From: Chiloscyllium plagiosum
Lineage: Eukaryota
Reading direction: 5' to 3'
Assembly (NCBI RefSeq): GCF_004010195.1
Contig: NC_057758.1
Location: 3,602,269 to 3,632,556 of the forward strand
DNA length: 30,288 bases
The notes under the pieces were generated by a model that was not told where the DNA came from, ran no database searches, and saw nothing but the letters and a program-made list of their open reading frames with translations. The position numbers and the translations under genes are program-made. Numbering within the stretch: position 1 is the stretch's first letter; every line of letters starts with the position of its first letter. Shown here one piece after another: positions 1 to 11,500 of this stretch.

Positions 1-424
1 GACAAACGTGTTTTCATTCAGAAATCCCTGCCTTGCAAAGATATCAGTCTGAAATGGAGAAGCAGGATATGTAGAACTCTGTTAGAAATAATGTGCAAGT
101 TTCGATTGACGAAGATAAAAATTCCTGAATATGTTTGAACTTACTGCTCTGAGAGAATTAGACGTTTCAGTAGATCCTGCTTACTTCTCAAGCTTCAAAC
201 GGACAGAGCGACATACATGTACAAAACGTGACATTTCAGGTCATCCACTGAATAATAGGTGTGGAACCTTGTTCAGGATCTGTCTCAGAATTTACCTCGT
301 CTCTGCCTTGTTTTATGCAGAAAACATAATTTTATAAAAAAAAACGCATTTGCTTCAAATGTTCTGCATTTAAAAGGAAGCAGAATTACCAATAAACGAA
401 TGCCTGGAGCTTTTGGTACAATTT

Positions 425-1720
425 AGGGAGTGGACGTGAGAGTGAGGGATCTAATGTGACTGTAAGCGAGCGGCTATAACTGTGGGAGTGAGTGAGACAT
501 TGAGGGATTGAGTATGACTGTAAGGAACTGAGCTAGAGAGTACGATATTCAGTGCGAAATGGAGGGAGTGACTGAGACTGAAGGAGTGAGTGATACTGTG
601 AGAGGGTGAGTGAGAATGACGGAGTGACTGTGAAATTGAGCGAGGATGTCTGACAGTAGAGGAGGCAGAGTGACGGAGTGAGTAAGACTGTGTGGGATTC
701 AGCATGGAATGTTGGAATCAGTGAGACTGTGTGAGTGAATAAGGCTGTGAGTGAGTGCAACACTGAAGGAGCCAGTTTGACAGTGGGGGTTGAGAGCAAC
801 AGTGGAGGAGTGAGTGCGACAGTGTGGAAGTGGCGACACTGTGAGGGAATGAGAGTGGGAGCGACGTAATCAGGGTGACAGCGAGAAAATCATTATGACA
901 GTGAGGAAACAGTGGAATTGTGAGGGAGTTAGACTGTGTCAGAATCAGTGAGATTGAGGAGGAAGTGACATTGAGGGAGTCAGTTTGTCTGCGAGGGAGT
1001 CAGTGCATCTGCAATAATGTCGGTGTGCCTGTGAGAGTGTCAGTGCTTTTCCGAGGAGTCGGTGTTCCTGTGAGGGAATCAGTGTGACTGTGAGGGAGTC
1101 AGTGTGATTGTGAGGAATTCAGTGTAACATAACTGAGAGATTCAATGTCACTGAGAGGGACTCGGTGCGATTTTGGTGCAGTCAGTGAATCAACGATAAT
1201 TTCTGAATGATTGTGAGGGAGCTGTACTCTCTACGAGGTAGTCATTATGTCTGTGAAAGTACCGGTGTGTCTGTGCGCAATTCAGTTTGTCTCTGAACAA
1301 GTAAGAAAGGCACATCGAGAACAAAGTGTGAGAGAGAAAGTGTGAGGGGGAGTGCGTGAGTGAGTGCGAGGGACAGAGTGTGAGACAGAGAGCATGTGAC
1401 TGTGTGACAAAGTTTGAGGGATAATGTGTGTGGGAGATGCTGCTTTAGTGTCTGCGTGTGTTAGAGACAGTGTCTATGTGTGTGTTTAAGAATGCCAGTA
1501 CGTAAATGTGTGCATGTGTGTGAGAAAGGGAGAAAGAGAGGGAGAGAGTTTCAGGGAGGTTGTCATTGTTTGTATTTGACTGAGAGAGTGCTCTGAGTGC
1601 GTGAAAATTATGTGTGAGATTGATTGACTGTGGGTGATGGTGAGTGTGTAATAATGCACACGTATGAGTGTGACTGCATGCAGACAGTGTCACAGAGAGA
1701 CTGTGAGAGCGAGACTCTCT
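425..1720. repeat. GA/GT-rich low-complexity region containing a degenerate 20-bp minisatellite (about 960-1290, unit ~GTGAGGGAGTCAGTGTGACT)
   Basis: Visible 20-nt periodicity, e.g. tgagggaatcagtgtgactg / tgagggagtcagtgtgattg / tgaggaattcagtgtaac at 1071-1128. Flanked by (GT/GA)n-rich sequence. The S/H/T/L-rich ORFs here are artefacts. Confidence 0.85.
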
Positions 1721-2414
1721 CAAAGGATACTCAATAGTGGGGAAAATCTCAACTAGAGAGATTCCTAACAAGACATCCTTATGTACCTGATACAATCTGT
1801 TGGCATCTCCACGCTGCCTCCACCGCCATGTAAATTTGTGACAACATTAATCCTTCTGGGCAATAATGTTTCATACTTTCACGTTATTTTTAACGGAAAC
1901 ATTCATTTTTTTCTCTATTCTTTCTACAAGCATGAATCATATTTCACCATGTGATACTCCATCTCCTAATTCTTTTAATAATATTCGTACGACATTTTCT
2001 GCAACGTAGACGCTATGATTAGATGTGATGAACTGTACTCTCAGTACTTTCATTTTGCAACTTCATAATATCCAGTCAGAAAACTGCCATCTGTCATGGA
2101 TACCCCTGTATGGGTCTGGAAGTTTGGACTCAGCATGGAAAGAGACTTTTAATCTGTCTCTGAGTTCGTTTGGAAATCGCTGCTGCACAGGGATGTCTGT
2201 TCACACTATTCGATTTGACATTTACGTTTCCAATAAGTGAACATGTCCACAGCAAGTTACAGCCTCTTCGGTCGCCAGCGTGGGTCTTGTCAGTGAACGT
2301 AGGGGCATTGCACTTGTTTCATTTTGCAAAATAATTGACAGTGTTTGTAAATGGCTGTGATTTTAACAGAGACGCTTCAAGAAACCTCCACGAGTACCAG
2401 CTCACAACGCTGGA

Positions 2415-2565
2415 AATAAACCACTGAGTTTGAGGAAATGCAGAGGCATGGGACTGAGGGCGATTTAGCAGTTTGGATTGGAAACTGGATTTTGAAAAAA
2501 CGCAGCAAGTTGTAGTTGATGTGAAATATTCAGCCTGACGTCTATGTATGAGTGGGTTATGACAT
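2415..2565 (+). mobile_element. CR1 LINE ORF2 (RT) fragment, decayed
   Basis: ggaaatgcagaggcatgggactgagggcgatttagcagtttggattggaaactgg is similar to the CR1 fragment at about 10925-11050 (HG..G.LA.WI.NW region of the CR1 RT). Confidence 0.7.
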
Positions 2566-3005
2566 AGAATTGAAAATGTGTTGCTGGAAAAGCGCATCAG
2601 GTCAGGCAGCATCCAGGGAACAGGAGAATCGACGTTTCGGGCATAAGCCCTTCTTCAGGAATGAGGAAAGTTTGTCCAGCAGGCTAAGATAAAAGGTAGG
2701 GACTGGGGACTTGGGGGAGGGGCGGCGGAGATGTGACAGGTGGAAAGAGGTCAAGGTGAGGGTGATAGGTCAGACTGGGGTGCGGGCGGAGAGGTCAGGA
2801 AGAAGATTACAGGTTAGGAAGGCGGTGCTGAATTCGATGGATTTGACTGAGACCAGGTGGGGGGAGGAGAAATGAGGAAACTGGTGAAATCCGAGTTCAT
2901 CCCTTGTGTTTGGAGGGTTCCTAGGCGTCGTTTCGCTGTGGTCTGGCGATGGAGGAGTCCAAAGACCTGCATATCCTTGGTGGAGTGGGAGGGGGAGTTG
3001 AAGCA
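2566..3005 (-). mobile_element. Penelope-like element 3' fragment (GIY-YIG C-terminus plus 3' terminal repeat)
   Basis: The minus strand encodes FNSPSHSTKDMQVFGL and RLGTLQTQGMNSDF, typical of the PLE endonuclease C-terminus. This is followed by a pyrimidine-rich UTR and a hammerhead-bearing terminus. Confidence 0.8.
2626..2663 (-). ncRNA. Minimal type I hammerhead ribozyme motif
   Basis: Minus strand reads cattc-CTGAAGA-a-GGGC ttat GCCC-GAAA-C-GTC-gattc: core boxes, 4-bp stem II, palindromic ACGU stem III, weak stem I. Confidence 0.75.
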
Positions 3006-3009
3006 CCGT

Positions 3010-3296
3010 GAAGGTTTTTTTTTCTAGTCAAATGTAGTCAGCTTGCAATTTGAGGGGTTACAGATTTCAGACAGATATCAGAGGCAGGTTCTGTACTCAG
3101 AGTGGTCAGGCCATTAAATACCCTGCCTGCCAATGTAGTTTACTCAGCCAAATGATGAAGTTTTAAACAGGCCTTAGATAAGCACATGGATGATGATGGG
3201 GTATGATAGGGGGGATGAGCATAGATTACATCATGTGTCGGTGTAACATTGAGGGCCGAAGGCCCTGTTCTGTGCTGTATTGTTCTATGTTCTATG
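3010..3296 (+). mobile_element. CR1 LINE 3' end with tail
   Basis: gggccgaaggccctgttctgtgctgtattgttctatgttctatg: CR1 3' hairpin region and TTCTATG tail repeats. Confidence 0.85.
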
Positions 3297-3984
3297 CTTT
3301 ATGTAAACCTGTTTGCTGTCCACCAACAAATCCTAAACGCTCCAGGTCACAGCAAACTAGTGCATGCTTAATGTGGTGCATGGTCTTCCTTAATATTACC
3401 ATGTTATAGTTCACAGTAAGTGGAATGTCAGACATGGGGACAGTGTGAGACACAGAGTGGAGCACAGAAACAAGCACAGAGAGAGAGAAGGACTGGGGGG
3501 TAGAAACAACTAGCAAGGATTGAAAGGGAGGAATGTGAGGACTCACAGAGCTGAATAGCTCCCTGCATAACATCACAACATTAAATTTTAAATACAACGT
3601 AATTTTCCAAATTTTTAAACTTGGCAAATGTAAGTATCACTGAAAAATTCTCAGGCCTTTACAGATTTTTAAAAATAACTAATGCGATGAAAGTCCAGGA
3701 CTCTCTGTCCATACTCCAGTTTTAACAATTTACCATTCACTTTATTCTGCCGCTTCTCAGACCTTCATGAGTAACGAATCACTGCACCTTTCTCAGTTTT
3801 TTAGTGAGCTGCGGTGTATCTGTCCATTAAATGCCTGCCAAGATCTCCTTGAATCTACTCACATGCCATTAATCTTGCGACCCTTGTAAACCAGTCCAGG
3901 GAAACAGGGCAGCTGCAGCAAGCAATCCAGCAATCCCCAAGGCAAATGATACATTGACATTTACTGCAGTCGGATTGGAGCTCA

Positions 3985-5495
3985 GGAGTAGGGAATGTTT
4001 TGAGGAAGTGAACAGGTTGATTGATGAGGGAAGGGCTGTCGATGTCATATACATGGACCTCAGTAAGTCATTTGAGAAGGGTCGCCATGTTAGATTAATG
4101 GACGAAGTTGAAGTCGCATGGGTTCCAGGGCGTGCTGGCTGGATATATAGAGATCTGGCTGAGCAACAGAATACAGCAAATAGTGGAAGGTAGATTCTCA
4201 AAATGGAGAACTGTGAACAATGATGTTTGACAAGGTTCCGTGTTGGTACTACTATTCTCTGTGATACAGAAAAGTGATCTGGAGGAAGTTATAGGTGATA
4301 TGATTAGCAAGATTGCAGCTGGCCCTACTTCAGTGGAGTGGAAGATCGTGAAGGGGACTGTTAGGGAACGTAACAGAATATAGACAGATGGAAGAGTTCA
4401 GTGGAGATATAGCAGATGGAGTTCAATCCGGGCAACTGTGACATGATGTAATTTGAAAGATCGAATTCAAGGTACTTTATGCCCTGTAGGTGGTAATGCA
4501 GATCGTTAGAGGACAGCACAGTGGCTCAGTGCTTCGCACTGCAGTCTCACAGCGTTTGGGACCTGGGTTCTACTCCAGCCTCAGACAACTGTCTGTGGGA
4601 GGTTTGCAGATTCTCCCCTTGTCTGCATGGGTTTGCTGCGGGTGCTCCGGTTTCCTCCCACAATCTAAATAAGTGTAGGTTATGTAAATTGACAATGATA
4701 AATTGCCGAAAGTCCTCATGAAGCTTACGTGTATTAGACAGCGTAAGGGTGGAGGAGAAGAATTGGGGAATGTGTGTGGATGTGTTACTCTTCGAAGGAT
4801 CAGTGTGGACTTCTTGGGCCAAAGGACTTGTTTCTTCACTGCAGGGATTCTAGGATTCGAGAGTGGTCAAGGAGGCAAATGGCATGCTCCCATTCATCGG
4901 ATGGTGTATTGAGTGCAAGTGTTGGGAGGTCATGCTAAAGTTGTACAAGACATTCGTGGTTCCACATTTCGAATACCGCATAAATTTCTGATCACAACAT
5001 TTCCAAAAGGATGTGGTTAGTTTGGAGAGGCTGCAGAGGAGGTTCACTATGCTGTTGCCTTGGATGAAGAGCGCGAGAGATGAAGAGATGTTGAGTAGAT
5101 TAGGATTATTTTGATGACAGAGATGGAGAGGGATTTGATTGATGTCTGAAAAAACATGTGCGCTATCGAAACGGTTGGTCGCAAGATTTTACCCAGTGTG
5201 CTGGAGTCAATTACAAGGGTTACGATTTTAAAGTGAGGGGGAAAAGCGCAAGGGAGATACACATGTAATTTTCTTTACACAGAGCGTGGTGGCTGGATGG
5301 AGCAAGTTGCTAGTGGAGGTGGTAGAGGTAGGCACGATAGCATTGTTTAATATAGATAGAGACATGAATGGGTAGGGACCAAAGGGATACAGATCCTAGG
5401 AAAATAGGTGACAGGTTTAAATAAAGGATCTGGATTGGTTTTGGCTTGGGGGGCCGAAGTGCGTGTTTCTCTGGAATAATTTTATTTGTTCTTTG
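3985..5495 (+). mobile_element. CR1 LINE ORF2 RT to 3' end, decayed, interrupted by a SINE
   Basis: Translates to CFEEVNRLIDEGRAVDVIYMDLSKSFEK (CR1 RT motif D.SKAFD), a QGSVLVLLF-like motif and the RT C-terminal region. 3' end is gggccgaagtgcgtgtttc...ttgttctttg. Confidence 0.9.
4510..4858 (+). mobile_element. tRNA-derived SINE (HE1 / V-SINE type)
   Basis: A-box-like gtggctcagtg and B-box-like gggttctactcc; V-domain ggaggtttgcagattctcccc...gggtgctccggtttcctcccaca; CR1-like tail gggccaaaggacttgtttc...gattctaggattc. Confidence 0.9.
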
Positions 5496-5519
5496 CGAAA
5501 CTATAGTAATGTAGCAGCC

Positions 5520-6066
5520 TTCGTCAGTCCAGACAATGAGGATTCTGTGCAGTTTGTGTATCGCTATCTAACGGATGGTGTGCTTGCCGTGGAGTGAGTA
5601 CAACGGAAATTGATTGGACTGATTCGAGGCTGTTAGGACTGTCACATTAAAAGAGGCTGGTTCATCTGGGGATGCATTGAGAAGAATTGGAGGGCGGGGT
5701 TCTGATTAAAACGTCTCCAATTCTAACGGGTGAAGAACAGACTTGTTGCAGGGAGGATGTTGCCCCTGTAGGGCAGTCACAACCAAAGATCACGGACTCA
5801 GGATTTGGACTGTGGCATTTTGAACGGAGGTGAAGAGAACTTTCATCACTCAGACATTGGTCAACCTGTGGAATTCTTAACCAGTGAAGGCTGTGGACTC
5901 AAGCCACTGCATATATTCAGGAAAGAGAAAGATAATTGTTTTAGAGATAAAAGGCATCACGGGGTATTGAGAGAAAATGGGAATATGGTATTGGGACAGA
6001 GGATCAGCCACAAACATAATGAATGGGGAGTAGGGTTACGGCATATTCCTGTTCCTGCTTTCTCTG
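5520..6066 (+). mobile_element. CR1 LINE 3' fragment (older subfamily)
   Basis: RT C-terminal-like sequence; 3' UTR ggatcagccac...aatgaatgggg...cctgttcctgcttt. Confidence 0.75.
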
Positions 6067-6299
6067 CTCCTGTCAGTTTAAATGCTCCTGAAAAGTATTT
6101 TTGGTTGTATTTGGAAATGATAGCCATTTTCATGCCAACATTCCTGCATCTTGAAAATGTAGGGGTTTTTGCAGAGGTTGTTTACTTTTGGGCTGAGAAT
6201 GAAAACTCTCCACAGGATTTGTGGTTTTGAGCTAGTGACGGAAGAAAATAAGAACGAGTATAGTTCCAATTGAGGATGATGTCCTACGTGCAAACACTT

Positions 6300-6990
6300 T
6301 TGCGATGTTCTATTATGAAGGTGTGGGTGTACTGTTAAAATCTCGCAGAAATACCTGACAATGCCAAATGTTCTGAATAAGATACAATCTAACATGTGGT
6401 CAAGTACTTGGGTAGGCAGGGTAGCTGGTTGCCTGCAGATAATAAAAGATTCGAAATTGATCAATCAGTTGAAATTATCCATCAGAAAGAAACACATTCC
6501 AGGCAAGTTTGAAGTTAGTATATTGACAATCTCAAAAACCAATGACACAATCCGATGCTTTTGGAATATAAAACAAGAGAAATTTGAGCAGTTGGGAAGA
6601 GAACAGCCATATCACCCGCTTGCAGAGATTACTCAGAAATAGATCTCCTAAAGGTAACTTTATCAGTCTGTGACCTGTGAAACATGATGCCTTAGAAACG
6701 AAAATAAGACACAGGAATATCCAAATGCAAGATTCGACACCTGGCTTGTTTTGAAAACTTGATTGTTTTGTCAATTTTAATGTGGTGGTTTTATTAGACT
6801 CCTACTGTATAAGGGGAAGGTAAAAGATAAGTTCGAGGAAAGAGTTGTAAATAATAGTTAGTTAGTATTCTCTTAATTCTGAATTCAAATAGTTCCTGAA
6901 CTCACGAATTTTCACAGATTACTGCACGGGATAAATCTTTCTGCGTTGTGGGCTTAATATAAGCAGGATCGTTTACCCCAGGTTTTCACA
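6300..6990 (+). mobile_element. Possible degenerate solo LTR
   Basis: Noncoding, begins tg..., ends ...ccccaggttttcaca, resembling LTR termini. No clear TSD and boundaries uncertain. Confidence 0.3.
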
Positions 6991-7079
6991 GATCACATGT
7001 AACTTCTGCACTTTTTTTCGAGCTGTTAGAGGTTGAGAGAGCCTGTAATGCGCTGTCTAACTTGGATGTTGTTTCTAAT

Positions 7080-7520
7080 TATGGCAGATGAAGTTCCTGT
7101 ATTCTTTCGTGAATTTGCTCACGTTTCCACTGTTTTAATGACTGAATAAATCCTTTTTCCAGGAACGGAGCAGGGATATAGAAAAAACAACATCTCCCCA
7201 GTGTGAATTATGCAATGTTTCTGCAGACTGGAGAACTGAGTGAATATTTTTCCATACTCCAAGTAGCCAGATGGTTTCCACCCAATATTAACTAACTGGT
7301 GTCATAAAAGAGTGATATATTGACAGTCCTTGCTCTCTATACACAGGGCAGGTGAATTTCCTCTCTCCAGTGGCATCATCACGCTGGTGTTTCTGCAAGG
7401 CAGACAGGTCAGGGATCTCTTTCCCAAATTGCAAACAGATTAATCGTCTTACGGGACTGTAATTAAATACCAGTGTTGACAGGGAATAGAATCTCTTCAC
7501 ACAGTCCTCACATCTCTACA
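7080..7520 (-). pseudogene. Decayed tandem C2H2 (Kruppel-type) zinc-finger array
   Basis: Minus-strand translations across frames: RCEDCVKRFYSLSTL; ICLQFGKEIPDLSALQKHQRDDATGERKFTCPV; EYGKIFTQFSSLQKHCIIHTGE; PCSVPGK/GFIQSLKQWKREQIH. TGE linkers are present, but many C/H ligands are lost and there are frameshifts. Confidence 0.85.
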
Positions 7521-7635
7521 GTTGCTGCATGTTATTGATGTTCTTAGATCTTTGGAAGTTAACTATCAGCTAAAGCGTCATCCACCCATTGGTTTTCTGA
7601 AAGAGTTACAATGGGAGAATTGGAGAGAATCAAAA

Positions 7636-8000
7636 GACCATAAGACATATGAGCAGAAATTGTGCCTTTATCCTTATCGGATCTGTTCCACTATTCGAAC
7701 ATGGCCTGTCTAATGGGCGTCTGTCTAATCAATGGAAACAACTTCCAAAATCTGCTCTTTTCAGACCATGCAGTATTTTGCATGTTTCAGTTAGATATCC
7801 CGTCATTCTTCTGAACTCCATCGAGTGTATAACCAGAGTCCTCAATAGTTCATCATATGATAAGCTGCACATTTCTGGTACCATTCTTGTGAACCTCCTC
7901 TGAACATGGTCCAGAGCCAATACATCCTTCCAGAGAAATGGTGCACCAAACTGTGCACTCTAATCCAAATGTGAACTAACCATGGACGTACAAAGCCTGT
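7636..8000 (-). mobile_element. CR1 LINE 3' fragment
   Basis: Minus ORF ALDHVQRRFTRMVPEMCSLSYDELLRTL...RRMTGYLTETCKILHG (CR1 ORF2 C-terminus); tail visible as cataagacatatgagcagaa. Confidence 0.9.
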
Positions 8001-8319
8001 CTTTGTAAAAGCAGCTCCATTGCTTTGAGGTTCTTTTTCAGTGCCAGAGTTGATTTCCTCACTTTCTTTTAGCAGTATTTATCGTTTTGTGAGATTTTGT
8101 ATTGTATTATTGGAGCAAAACAAAAACAAAAACAATGGTCTTGTAAACAGGACAAATTTGAGAAAATGCAGAAGACGAAGTGGGAGGTCTGTCGGTGAAT
8201 GGGTCTGTCTGCAAATCATTTCCTTCGAGCATCCTGTACAAACGAGTAATACGTATCGATTAGAAATTCATTTCAGGGGATTCTAGTTTGCTGAAAATAT
8301 TTTTGTTCTCTGTATTCCC

Positions 8320-8990
8320 GATTATTTGCATTTTAGAAAGGCAAATCAGAGCGGGACTGATACTCGTAATGGTCAGTTGCTGGGGAGGATGACAGAACAA
8401 AGAGACCTTGGAAGTGCAGGGTCACTGTTCCTTGAAAGGGGAATCACAGATAGAGAGGATAATGAAGAAGCTGATTTGCGTGCTTTCCATTATTGGACAT
8501 AGCATTGAGTATACAACGTGGGATTTCATGTTTCTGCTGTACAGGACATTGTTTAAGCCACATTTGGAATATTGTGTGAAATTCGGAAATCCCTTGCATT
8601 GGAAGGAATTTATAAAACTTGAAAACTTTCAGAAAATATTGACAAGGATGTTGCCAGGGTTGCAGGATTTGAGCAAGGTGGAGAGGTTGAAAAGTTTGAT
8701 GCTGTTTTCGTGGAATTTTGACGGCTGACGGTAATCTTGGAGATGTTTACAAAGTCAAGAGGGACATGGCTAAGATATTTTCTGTGGGAGTCCAGAACGA
8801 GAGGGCATTGGTACATGGTGGGAGGAGAAATATATAAAAGCAACTAAGGAACAACCATTTCGCACAGCGGGTGGGCATGTACGGAATGAGCTACCAGGGG
8901 ACTTGGTGGAAGCTGGCACATTGTATATGAATAGGAAGGGTTTGGAAGTATATGGGCCAGGTGCTGGAACATTCGGGAATATTGTGTGTT
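8320..8990 (+). mobile_element. CR1 LINE ORF2 C-terminal/3' fragment
   Basis: LYRTLFKPHLEYCVKF...LENFQKILTRMLPGLQDLSKVERL. Confidence 0.9.
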
Positions 8991-9139
8991 TTTTTTCAGA
9001 ATACATTTAAAATATATCATTCACCACGTTCTCCTGATCTCCTGGTTATGGTTTGCCATGATAATCCTGCTCAGGCATTTGAATGGCATAACCAGCCAAT
9101 TGAGATGATTGATCATAAACACAGCCTTGATATTGGGAC

Positions 9140-9251
9140 GTTGATGATTGGCTTATGCACAAAACATCGTTCCTCCACCTCCTTGGATGTTGCCTGATCT
9201 GCTGTGCTTTTTGACCCTGGGTTTCCAACATCTCCAGTCCTCATATTCTCC
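9140..9251 (+). mobile_element. Degenerate Penelope-type terminal repeat with decayed hammerhead
   Basis: ttgatgattggcttatgcacaaaacatcg...ccttggatgttgcctgatctgctgtgcttt aligns with the reverse complement of 2585-2658 and with 19023-19150. Confidence 0.7.
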
Positions 9252-10599
9252 AACTGGGATTTGGCCTGAGAGAGGAAAATTATATTGGATTATCTGAAGA
9301 ATTTGCAGAGCCATCATTATTGACAGTTGTAAAATGTCTTTAGGTGCAGAAAATATGTCTTCTCTGAGATAATCCGTAAGTGTACATCAGACCAGCAAAA
9401 CATGCTTCTCAAAATTTCTGAAAATATCATATTATTCTCAGTGCTGCAATCCAAAATCTAAAGCTACTGATAACGCATTCATGTATCAATCCAAAGGTCC
9501 TGCTCGTCCTCTCAGGCTGCAAATAATCAAATGAAAGGAGAGCGGGAGCAGAGGAATTCACCCCAGTGCAGTGCTTCCTGAACCAAAATGAGTGAAACTG
9601 GTGTTCTCGTCATCGTCATATGATTGTCTACAGTATGGTACTGTGCAAGGCATGACGTTCAATTCTACATTGTCGACAAGGAAAATCTTTAAAATGGTTT
9701 GTAATGTTTGGTAGGCGCTCTGTAAATATCAGTTTATTTAAATCAACATACACAATATTTGCAATGAATCCTCACAGCAGAATGTTCAGCACCATCACTT
9801 TCCAGAAGGACGGAAAAAGAATGTTTACTGTGCTGGGAACTGATCATTTGAAGCGGGGGCTAGATGTGATGGCCTCAGAATTCAGCCCACTCCTTAATAA
9901 GTAACTCAGGGTGAGTATAGACAGCGAAGCTGGTCAAACAACTGAAATGTACTACTTTTATAACTAAAATGGGAAGGTTCATGTTTGACAACAGTGGTTT
10001 TATATTTTGTCGAACTCTGTCATTAGATTACAGCAGTGATCACATTTGAGATGCAGATCATTGCTCCAAAGCACCTTCTATTATCCTGAGGTATTGCAAT
10101 ATTATTTGTAAATATCTGTTTCGCCTGCCTGTCAAACTATCAGTCATATAGGGTCTTTCAAGATGATCTGATGTTTCATTGTCCATCGCACTGTGTATTC
10201 CTTGCAGTTTTCAACTACTTGTTGCGCTCAAAGACAAACACAACACTACAGTTTGTTTTTTACTCCACAGCCATTTATATGTATATTGTCTTTCCCTGTT
10301 TTTCTTATCTCAGTAAAACACTGCACTGGTCTTACTTTACATACAAATTGTCACTTACTCCTCCCAAGATGGTTTCTAACATGGTTTGAATGTGAATTAT
10401 TCAGAAAGACACCAGCTGTAGTACGAAAACAATCATCTTCGCAGACAATACACTGTTAACATAGTTTCTCAGAGGGCTTGGCGATGTTAGCATGGTGACA
10501 GATTCCACACATGTTTATGATGTGTTCAGACACAAAAGAAGGCTGTCCTTCGTATCCTTTTCTGAAACCTTCTCGTCTCACGTTAAAAAAAGGCCCCAC

Positions 10600-11500
10600 T
10601 TTTTTTGAAATAGTGCCAAAAGACTGGAGAATGGGAAATGTCGCCCCCTTGTTCAACATGTAGTGTAGAGACAACCTTGGTAATTATTGAACAGTGAGCC
10701 GTACGTCTCTTGTATGTTAAATTTTGGAAAATATTATAAGAGACATTTTTTACAATCATCAAGTAAGCAACACCACGGTTTTACGAACGGTGGGTCGTGC
10801 CTCAGAAACCTTATTGAAGTCTTTGTGAAGGTAGCCAAGCCGTTTGATGAGGGTAAAGTGGTGGGTGTGGTGTATATGGGTTTTAATAAAGTGTTTGTTA
10901 AGGTTTCATATCGTAGGCTATTGTGGAAATATAGAGGCACGGGAATGAGGAAGATCTACTGGTTTAGATCAGAAATTGACGAATTGGAAGAAGTCCGACG
11001 GTTGTGGCTCATGGGGAACGTGCATCCTGCAATTCAGCTAATAGTGGTGTACCGCAAGGATCTGTTTTGGTGTCACTGCTGCTTGTCATTTTTATAAATC
11101 ATCTGGATGAGTGCACAGAATGATGGGTTCGTAAATTTGTGAATGATACTAAGGCTGGTGGAGTTCTGGACAGTGGCAAAGGATGTCGCAGGCTACAGAG
11201 GGACGTAGGTAAGTTGCAGAGTTGTGTTGGGAGGTGGAAAATGGAGTTTGATGCGATCACGTGTGAGGAGATTCACGTTGGAATAAGTAACAAGAACACA
11301 GATTACGGGCAAATTGGCAATATTTTTGGCAGTGTGGATGAGCAGAGAGATCTTGGCGTCCATGAACATAGATCCCTGACCGTTGTTACTCAGTTTGATC
11401 GGGTTGTTAAGATGGTGTACAGTGTGTTAGAATTATTGGAAGAGGGATTGAGTTTCGGAGCCACAAGGTTCAGTTGCAACTGTTAAAAGAAAAACTCTGG
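10600..11500 (+). mobile_element. CR1 LINE ORF2 RT fragment, decayed
   Basis: VPKDWRMGNVAPLF; QHHGFTNGGSCLRNLIEVF...DEGKVVGVVYMGFNKVF; KFVNDTKAGG (FADD-derived); DEQRDLGVH. Confidence 0.92.

Noticed and set aside
10..400. Possible terminal exon after ttttcattcag with AATAAA at about 391
   Set aside because: Only very short reading frames with no recognisable homology; cannot be supported.
960..1290. CRISPR-like regular repeats
   Set aside because: Head-to-tail degenerate units without unique spacers, in eukaryotic context with no cas genes.
451..1795. S/H/L/T-rich minus-strand ORFs
   Set aside because: They are translations of low-complexity GA/GT repeats.
4510..4580. Possible tRNA gene
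   Set aside because: It is the degenerate tRNA-derived head of a SINE, continuous with the V-domain and LINE tail; no intact cloverleaf.
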